IMG/VR virus record: IMGVR_UViG_3300037587_000914
Span: 1 to 56,169 of that record
From: a virus
Lineage: Duplodnaviria > Caudoviricetes
DNA: 56,169 nucleotides
Reading direction: 5' to 3' (one strand)
Part shown: positions 49,354 through 56,169 of the stretch, piece by piece
Layout of the letters: each line of letters begins with the position of its first letter
Position numbering within the stretch: the stretch's first letter is position 1
Made by a program: the position numbers and the translations under genes
The notes under the pieces: generated by a model
What the model saw: only the letters and a program-made list of their open reading frames with translations
What the model was told of the DNA's origin: nothing
The model's database searches: none

Positions 49354-49824
49354 TTATTCTTCCTTAGCTTTCTTGTCCACCGCTTTTTCTGCCGCTTTCT
49401 GATCTCTTTCCGCTATCAGCTTGAGCGCATCTTCACCGGTAACGTAGCTTTTTTCCTTTACCTCTTCTGCCTTCTCTTCCGTGGCGTTAGTTATGAGTTC
49501 GGCGTTTGCAGTTTCAAGCTTTGCGTTTATGTCTTTCAGTTCGGCGTTGCCAGCCGTCAACGTGGAATTCGCTTTAACATAGAGATCTCTTTCCTTCTTA
49601 TGCTCAGCTTCTTCTTCGTCTATATAAGTTTTTAATTCTGTGTTTTCAGTAGTCAGCTTTTCGATTTCTTCCTTGTGTTTGTCGTTCTCCTCTTCAGCGC
49701 CCTTCGTCCCTTCAACACCAGAACCCTTGAAATCCTTCTTACCATCATCATCCTTGGACGTCTTCGTTATCTTTTCCTCTTTACCCTGCTTGTTACTTTG
49801 ATTCTGATTTTGTTTATCATGCAT
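49354..49824 (-). CDS. Acidic coiled-coil protein
   Basis: E/K-rich heptads; AAGGAG RBS. Confidence 0.6.
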   Translation of the reverse strand: MHDKQNQNQSNKQGKEEKITKTSKDDDGKKDFKGSGVEGTKGAEEENDKHKEEIEKLTTENTELKTYIDEEEAEHKKERDLYVKANSTLTAGNAELKDINAKLETANAELITNATEEKAEEVKEKSYVTGEDALKLIAERDQKAAEKAVDKKAKEE

Positions 49825-49908
49825 GGTTTTTTTCTCCTTAAACGGGCGGATACACAGGTCACGCCCCTACATTAAATCCCAAATCTAAAATCGTAATTCG
49901 TAAATTGT

Positions 49909-50355
49909 TTATAACGAATTTATTGCTTTTAACCTGTCATTCTGGAAATTCGCATTTTGCCCTGTCAGTCCATAGCTCCCCTTAGCCCTGTCCCTCAACT
50001 CACCCACCTTAGATTTGTTCCAGTTATTCACCCTGGAGTAATAGCCGACTATTCTGGTGATGCCGTTCAATACGATAGATGCGCGTTTGTTCTGAATGAC
50101 ACTGATAAATTCCTTTGCCTTGTCATATTCAGTAACCTTATTAACAATCTCACTGATAGCCACTTCCACGAATGCACCTTCAATGCCTTCCTGCTTGCTG
50201 TAATCACGGATTGTGAATACTTCTTCGGATTCCGGAGTCGCGGTTCCGATTATTTCCAGATCACTTGAAAGCTCGACCGCCTCCACAAACAACAGAAGTG
50301 CCTTTTCTATTTTTTCGTGAACGGCTGTTTTTGCTTCTAATGTCGCAGTTATCAT
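49909..50355 (-). CDS. Stand-alone NrdD-type glycyl-radical domain protein
   Basis: ITRIVGYYSRVNNWNKSKVGELRDR matches the class III RNR C-terminal motif. Confidence 0.8.
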   Translation of the reverse strand: MITATLEAKTAVHEKIEKALLLFVEAVELSSDLEIIGTATPESEEVFTIRDYSKQEGIEGAFVEVAISEIVNKVTEYDKAKEFISVIQNKRASIVLNGITRIVGYYSRVNNWNKSKVGELRDRAKGSYGLTGQNANFQNDRLKAINSL

Positions 50356-50382
50356 TCAATTTCTCCTTATTAATTAAGCGTG

Positions 50383-50500
50383 AAGTGAACTAAAGTTTGA
50401 AGTGCCTAAAGTTGTGGCAAAAGATAAATCTTTTATTCTTTTAATAGAAAAAAACACCATAACTTTAGGCACTTTAGATCACTTTTAACTTTGAAACTTT
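50383..50500. repeat. AAAGTG/CACTTT inverted-arm element
   Basis: Similar to copies at 33856, 46062, 29021. Confidence 0.85.
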
Positions 50501-50533
50501 TTACTTTATTGTATGCCTTCTAACAGAAATCCA

Positions 50534-50561
50534 GGACAAAGTCTGTCAGGTGACGCAAAAT
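50534..50561 (-). promoter_or_regulatory. Second copy of the 28-bp late motif
   Basis: Identical to 57-84; upstream of the head operon. Confidence 0.65.
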
Positions 50562-50746
50562 CTTTTTATTAATATTTTTGACGGGATTAACAAGATGTAC
50601 TGGATTTTTAAAAATATCTTATTTCTCCTTTTCCCTTTGCGATCTCTGCATTAAATTTGTTTCGTGTCTCTGTTCCTTAGTGTGAGGAATTAGTTTCTCT
50701 CTAAATATCTTGTTTATCCTGTTATCCTGTCTAGCCTTTTATATTT

Positions 50747-53098
50747 TTAGTTCGCAGCCGCCAAACATATCGGGCATGCATCCGGAGCTGGAACGAATAC
50801 CACCACAAACTTCCCACTCCTCTCCTCTACCGTATTCGAGCACCTGCAGCGGGGATGCGTATCGATACCGGCTATCACAGCGTTACTGGTATCAATGTCC
50901 CACTGCTTCCACTCATCCAGCTTTGCACGTTCTGCCGCGACAGTCATCTCCGTCCGCGCCAGACGTTCCCAGTCGCTATTCGCCTCCCCGAACCTTGCCT
51001 TCAGGCGCGCTGCAACATGGCGAGGATTCGTGCCGGCAAGCACCTGCGCTTCCATCTCAGGAATAATCTTGGTGATTATCCCCTTTGTGGCGTTATCCTT
51101 TACCAGCTCGAACCCTTCTTTTGAAAGCTTATCGTAAGCTTCCGAGTTTTTTATTATGTCGAGTATCGGCCTGTCCTTACCTATCAGGGTTGCCGCCTGT
51201 ATCAGTCCCAGACTATACGACTGCCCGTAATACCAGCGCACGGCTGAATCCGTATCGCGCCAATCATATTTCCCGTTAAACTCCTCCAGCGACTTCATAA
51301 TCGCCGCCTGCTGCTCAACAGAGAAAGTGAACGCCTCAATCTCCGGAATATCACCGGGCGCTTTCCCTTGCATACTGCCAACTGCCAACTGTCTACTGCC
51401 CGTCGTCAGTTGTTCTTCCCGCGGTGTTGGCTTCGGTACGGCTACCAGTCCGTCCGTGGGCATCTGTAAGATGGCAAATACCTGTTCTTCCAGTACGCTC
51501 CATTCATATTTGAGATCCTTCTCGTAATTATCTTCAACCTCATCCAGATCCGGCCACGGAGTGGAACGGAAAAGTTCTTTGAGTCCAAAAGTGTCAAATT
51601 CCTGTTCCAGCTTTATTAACTCATTAGAATCATTTCGTAATTTCGCACTCTTTACCTCCTCTTGCCATTCTAATAGCACCTTCTGATCCATTTCGGATTT
51701 CTGATTTCGATTTTCTGATTTGCCACACCCGCATGTACACTGCGAAGGCCCGGAGATACGGCTATCCGCTATATGGGATTTCTGGTTGTTCCGATCGTAC
51801 CGGATCCCCGCAGTATTTTCGGATTTCGGATTTCGGGTTTCGGATTTCCCTGCTTCAGCAGGAAGCATCATCTCGGCCTGAGAGTTCAGGAAGTTGGCCT
51901 TTGCTGTTTTTTCTATGTCATGGAGATTTACCTGTGCCCACTCAAGATCCCAATCATCTTCTTTCCACGTCCTGCCCCTAAGCAACAGCAAATTCTTGAC
52001 AAGGTTACGGTAGGTCGGCATCTTGGCTGCCTGGCGAGTCTTTACGGCTGCCATTATCATATTGACCTCGGCATCACTCAACCTCTCTGAAGTTGACCAG
52101 TGCAGACCCAGCATCCACGGCGGAAGGCCGGTCTTGGCAACTATCTGCTCCAATGCGCCCCTCATGGGCTCCTTGAATTCAAGCACCTGTTTATTATCTG
52201 CGCCGAGAACGGTTATATCTATAGACGATTTTGCGTCGATAGCGTATACAAAATCGGCGGAGCTGCCAGCACGCTTCGCGTTTATAGCGGTCGTAAGATC
52301 GGCTTTCATCTCCGCAACCCTCGTCTTGTGATTGGTCCCGTCTTTTTTGGATGTCTTGTATATAAGCTTATATGACGGGTCGCCAAAACGTTCGAAAGTG
52401 TTGAGGACGGTATTCTGTATAGTGACAATAATCTTTGACACGAATTCGCACGAGCGCATCATGGCCGTGCCGTATGGGTTCTGGTTTTCGTTGTTGATGC
52501 TGAAGTACATCAGGTTGCCGGGTTTAAGGGCACGGTATTCAGTATCATCATTTGCTTTCTGAGAGATCTCAAGGCCGGAGGATATTCGTCTGAATTGGAT
52601 AAATTTTGAATCTGCAACCCGCAGGCCGACTATATCGTTACGCTTTTTATTTGTCACGAATTCGCTGATACTAAATCCCTGTTCGTGCGCCTCGCTTGTG
52701 TGGTTCTGATCAAATGCGAGTATGCCCTTCTGGATATCATTTACCGTAATGTTATCCATCCACTCCTGTATCTCTTTTGTCAGGGCGTCACTGTTGCCCG
52801 TAACTATCAGGTGTCCGTCGAGCTCGGTGCTGCGCTGAATGGCGGCATCAATGATCGGGATTGCCTCACGAAGGAATTCATAAAAGTTCGGGTCTACCTT
52901 GCGCGGAACGTAAGTCTTGAAATATGATGTATATAACCCCTGCCCGTCATTAGGCCGTATCTGCCATCCGGATGTCGATTGTTGAGCTACTGGGGCCTTT
53001 TCAGTACCGCTTGAACTATTTGAACTGCTTAATCGGTTTAAACGGTTTTTTTTCTGCGCCGCTAACATCTTTGCCTTCTTCTTTTTCTTTGTTGACAT
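50747..53098 (-). CDS. Portal protein fused to MuF-like minor head domain
   Basis: NPYGTAMMR, RFGDP, GLPPWMLG (portal); ERLARTE, HPRCRC (MuF). Confidence 0.8.
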   Translation of the reverse strand: MSTKKKKKAKMLAAQKKNRLNRLSSSNSSSGTEKAPVAQQSTSGWQIRPNDGQGLYTSYFKTYVPRKVDPNFYEFLREAIPIIDAAIQRSTELDGHLIVTGNSDALTKEIQEWMDNITVNDIQKGILAFDQNHTSEAHEQGFSISEFVTNKKRNDIVGLRVADSKFIQFRRISSGLEISQKANDDTEYRALKPGNLMYFSINNENQNPYGTAMMRSCEFVSKIIVTIQNTVLNTFERFGDPSYKLIYKTSKKDGTNHKTRVAEMKADLTTAINAKRAGSSADFVYAIDAKSSIDITVLGADNKQVLEFKEPMRGALEQIVAKTGLPPWMLGLHWSTSERLSDAEVNMIMAAVKTRQAAKMPTYRNLVKNLLLLRGRTWKEDDWDLEWAQVNLHDIEKTAKANFLNSQAEMMLPAEAGKSETRNPKSENTAGIRYDRNNQKSHIADSRISGPSQCTCGCGKSENRNQKSEMDQKVLLEWQEEVKSAKLRNDSNELIKLEQEFDTFGLKELFRSTPWPDLDEVEDNYEKDLKYEWSVLEEQVFAILQMPTDGLVAVPKPTPREEQLTTGSRQLAVGSMQGKAPGDIPEIEAFTFSVEQQAAIMKSLEEFNGKYDWRDTDSAVRWYYGQSYSLGLIQAATLIGKDRPILDIIKNSEAYDKLSKEGFELVKDNATKGIITKIIPEMEAQVLAGTNPRHVAARLKARFGEANSDWERLARTEMTVAAERAKLDEWKQWDIDTSNAVIAGIDTHPRCRCSNTVEERSGKFVVVFVPAPDACPICLAAAN

Positions 53099-53153
53099 TT
53101 TTTATCCTTGAACTGTTTAAACTGCTTAATCGATTGAAACGGCTTAAACCGCT

Positions 53154-55064
53154 TTAATTCCCACTCCCTACAAATATATCCTCTACCACATTATTAAAAA
53201 GCCCACCCAGCGTTTCACCTCTCTCGGCATCGATAAGATGATCGTCTGTGTTCTTATAAATCCGATGCTTGCCCTGCCTTTGTGTATGGTTCGGGTAAAA
53301 GAAGGCGAAATCCGGATCTGCCGGGTATTCTGTCTCAAGGCGTTGTATTTTTTTCGTCATATGGTCAGTTGCGAGTTCTTTCATCGTTATCTTTGCCGCT
53401 TTGCCTGACTTGGCCTCTACAATCGCCTCTCCGTCCTCGTCAATATTGTCCGTAGTAGATTCAAAGCTGAAGCCCTTGAGGCGGTCGTCATAGTTTTTAT
53501 GCGCATATTGAGGTAATCCCAGCAGGTCATGGACTATTGCCGAACCGGCATTGCCGAAATCCAGGCCCCATCCCATTGTAAGTGCTCCCGAATCGTATAT
53601 ATCATCGAGAGCATCAAGCGCCTGGCATTGCTGATCGTAAGTAACGCTCTTGAGCTGGAGTCGGGCTACATAGCGGCCCTTCTTGCCGATTATGTTTTTT
53701 ACGATTAACTCCGTAGGATCTGGGCTGAATCCAAAATCTCCCCCGCCGCTTTTCAGACCGGGAACGGAATTGAAAAAACTTTTTATCAGTATTCTGAATT
53801 CTGACTCATGATGCTCGTCGTAGTTAAAGAATCCTGATTTAACGTATACCTTGTCCAACAGGCACACAGGCACTGATACAGGGCCGTTATCACCCGGGAC
53901 CTGTTCGTACTTGTACCCGGATACCGTCACCTCATCATTTGCCGAATCGACCAGCACTTTCATAAATCTGTACTCCTGTATTTCCCTGATACACGGCTTC
54001 AGCTGTTCCCAGGGGAAGACAGAATATTCCGGATCGCCGTCTGTGCCGAGAACGTTATGTTTGTATTCCGGAGAATCTTCTCCGCCGAATTGTTCGATGA
54101 AGAACTTTTTACGCTCTGGTGACCAGAAAGGAGCCGGCATAAGGGTTTTTGGCCAGTTGAAGAGTCTGAATTTAATATCTTTAATATGTTTTGCTGCACC
54201 TTTAAAGGAACCATCGGTAACCTCCTGTTCTTTCGGATTTCGGATTTCGGATTTCGGATTTTCTGTGGGAGCTACGCCCTTGGTTGCTCTCTCCCCTAAT
54301 TTGTAAAACTCGCATGACCTGTCACCGTCAGGTACGGAATAAATCTTTGCCACACAGCCCGGCTTCATTGCACGCCAGAACTCAGACCACTGCTTTTTAT
54401 TCTTCTTCTTCGCCGCTTCGTCTACGATTGCGAATGTCGTGGCGTGTATACCTCTATACGCTTCGCCGTCATGGCCTGCGGGCCTGAAATCGATCTTGAA
54501 CCTGTGCGGTTTACCATAAAAATAAAACGCATGGTGCGGGTGCTTCTTCCAGCCGCCTTTTATGCGGGGATGGCAGCGCGTCCTGGCAATATCAGGATTC
54601 CACGTAAACTGATCTTCCATCGCCTCGATTATTTCGTCGAGATGAGTCTGCTGCGGCGCCGCGATCAGCGCAGAACCGTTTGGCGTTGTAATCGCCGCAT
54701 GCAGCGCAAAAACCACTATCTCGCGTGTCTTACCAGTCTCCGCACCGTCTTTGTGGACAGTGTGTCCGTCATACCTGATCGACTCTTCCTGATAATCAAA
54801 AAAGTTATACGGATCCTGATGGTCCGGGTCTTCCGGTTCACGCAAAAAACACTGGGCCCACAGGACGCGATCGGCCTTGATAATAGCGTGTTGAAACTGA
54901 TCTAAGGATGTAAAAGGCTCCGGAAACTCATTACGCGCCAGCTGGTGATGCGTCCAGTCATAAAGTGCCAACGCATTCTCAAAATGCTCCTGTGGCACCA
55001 GAATACCCTTCTTCAAATCTGCTATCGCTATCGGTTCCGCTTTTTCAAGTGTCGCTGTATCCAT
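53154..55064 (-). CDS. terL: Terminase large subunit
   Basis: YQ motif, GAETGKT Walker A, AIVDEAA Walker B, GGDFG and DDHLIDA nuclease residues. Confidence 0.88.
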   Translation of the reverse strand: MDTATLEKAEPIAIADLKKGILVPQEHFENALALYDWTHHQLARNEFPEPFTSLDQFQHAIIKADRVLWAQCFLREPEDPDHQDPYNFFDYQEESIRYDGHTVHKDGAETGKTREIVVFALHAAITTPNGSALIAAPQQTHLDEIIEAMEDQFTWNPDIARTRCHPRIKGGWKKHPHHAFYFYGKPHRFKIDFRPAGHDGEAYRGIHATTFAIVDEAAKKKNKKQWSEFWRAMKPGCVAKIYSVPDGDRSCEFYKLGERATKGVAPTENPKSEIRNPKEQEVTDGSFKGAAKHIKDIKFRLFNWPKTLMPAPFWSPERKKFFIEQFGGEDSPEYKHNVLGTDGDPEYSVFPWEQLKPCIREIQEYRFMKVLVDSANDEVTVSGYKYEQVPGDNGPVSVPVCLLDKVYVKSGFFNYDEHHESEFRILIKSFFNSVPGLKSGGGDFGFSPDPTELIVKNIIGKKGRYVARLQLKSVTYDQQCQALDALDDIYDSGALTMGWGLDFGNAGSAIVHDLLGLPQYAHKNYDDRLKGFSFESTTDNIDEDGEAIVEAKSGKAAKITMKELATDHMTKKIQRLETEYPADPDFAFFYPNHTQRQGKHRIYKNTDDHLIDAERGETLGGLFNNVVEDIFVGSGN

Positions 55065-55100
55065 TTATGTCAGTTTTTTCCCTCTCTCAACTATACAACC

Positions 55101-55128
55101 TGTCATCCTGAGCGGAGTCGAAGGATCT
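55101..55128. repeat. TGTCATCCTGAGC..GAAGGATCT REP-like palindrome
   Basis: Related halves at 20302, 21438, 24548, 46031. Confidence 0.75.
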
Positions 55129-55179
55129 AATTCCTTTAAATCGTAATTCGTAAATCCCAAATCCCAAATCGTAAATCTA

Positions 55180-56013
55180 TTACGCTTTCTTCAAATCCGG
55201 TACACTACAAAGCAAATCGGCAAGTGTCTTTGGCAGCTCCTTCTCGTTACCATCCTTTGCAATCTGCCTTGCCGTAATCATCGATTCCTGCGGTGTCATG
55301 CCGAGTTCTGCTATCAATTTTGGCACCACTAATAGGGACGGATGCGGCTTGTAGTCGTAGCCAATCACCCTGCCGAAACCGTCGAATTTCTCTACCTTGA
55401 TCATCGGGCCGTCTCTGATGATATCCTCCTGGCACATGCGCAGTATCTCCACCGACTGCGAAATACTGAAGGCTGCTATCTCATTAAATTCATCGTAATC
55501 CTTTTTCTTTATCGCCTTGTTAATTGCCTTGAAAGTCTGAAGAACAAAAACCATATCCAGGCACGTCTCGCCCGGCTTAACCTTGTTTTCTGCGATCAAC
55601 TCACACGGATACTTCTTACAGGTAGTCTTGCACGGCTTTGTTGCTGTAACTGAAGAAGTTGCGTACGTGCCATGCCTCCAGTTCGGAGTCGGACATTTCT
55701 TCGCCCGCGCTTTCCCTCCCTTAGACCGCCTATCCTTCCTCTGTTTAATCGCCGCTTCTGACATGTGATAAGGACGTTTGATGCGCAGACGTTCCGGGAT
55801 CCCAATTTCATCCTCTGTCTCCGTATCCTCCGCAAGGGCTTTTTCGGGATCTTCGTCTTCCCGTTCCTGCTCCCGCTCAATCTCTATGAGCTGTGCGATC
55901 TCACTGGAGATATTTTTAGTCTCTCCGGATTTAATCTTCTCTGACAGCTTCGCCCTATAATCCTTAATCAGATCATCTGTGGAAATACCGTCTGTTTTTT
56001 CGTCTTTTGCCAT
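55180..56013 (-). CDS. Terminase small subunit (putative)
   Basis: Directly upstream of terL; NWRHG motif; HPSL..ELGMTP C-terminus. Confidence 0.6.
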   Translation of the reverse strand: MAKDEKTDGISTDDLIKDYRAKLSEKIKSGETKNISSEIAQLIEIEREQEREDEDPEKALAEDTETEDEIGIPERLRIKRPYHMSEAAIKQRKDRRSKGGKARAKKCPTPNWRHGTYATSSVTATKPCKTTCKKYPCELIAENKVKPGETCLDMVFVLQTFKAINKAIKKKDYDEFNEIAAFSISQSVEILRMCQEDIIRDGPMIKVEKFDGFGRVIGYDYKPHPSLLVVPKLIAELGMTPQESMITARQIAKDGNEKELPKTLADLLCSVPDLKKA

Positions 56014-56030
56014 TATTTTTTTCTATTTAA

Positions 56031-56169
56031 ACAGTTTAAGCCGCTTAAACGGGTCAAGCGGTTCTTCTGATCATGGCATAAAACATGGACAAAGTCTGTC
56101 AGGTGACGCAAAATATTTATAATGTAATATGGGGATACGGGTTACATGTTGCGCGGTGCGGGTTATGGG
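56031..56169. repeat. Terminal direct repeat / circular overlap (right copy)
   Basis: Matches 1-139 with one mismatch. Confidence 0.95.

Larger units (their letters stand above)
1..56169 (-). mobile_element. Probably complete temperate siphovirus-like phage genome with Mu-like neck genes and a tyrosine recombinase
   Basis: Terminase, portal, capsid, tail chaperone, tape measure, primase and recombinase all present; ends overlap. Confidence 0.9.

Noticed and set aside
1-56169. tRNA, rRNA, intein or Mu DDE transposase
   Set aside because: No recognisable signatures by eye; tRNAscan-SE and HMM searches were not run

Overview
The window looks like an essentially complete, circular tailed-phage genome of about 56.0 kb: bases 1-139 recur at 56031-56169 with one mismatch. 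Every credible gene is on the minus strand. The late/structural block runs 56013->29247: terminase small and large subunits, a portal-MuF fusion, a stand-alone NrdD-type glycyl-radical domain, protease/scaffold, DUF2190-like cement, major capsid, a signal-peptide-bearing 1200-aa fibre module, small membrane proteins, Mu gp36/gp37-like neck genes, major tail, a tail chaperone with a -1 frameshift, tape measure, and LamG and PKD tail proteins. The early block runs 28794->~520: Cro-like HTH, CII-like, lipase, SSB-like, HNH, ASCH, two radical SAM proteins, an HslV-like Ntn hydrolase, adenine and cytosine methyltransferases, a primase-helicase with a downstream iteron origin, a tyrosine recombinase, a Mor/C-like activator and many small ORFs. 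The most unusual property is that many gene junctions carry short palindromic or periodic repeats from at least 8 families. These repeats nest inside one another, supply stop codons, abut start codons and sit in frame inside terminase and portal, yet no cognate mobilising enzyme is visible. Product calls come from motif recognition and synteny only; no database searches were run.
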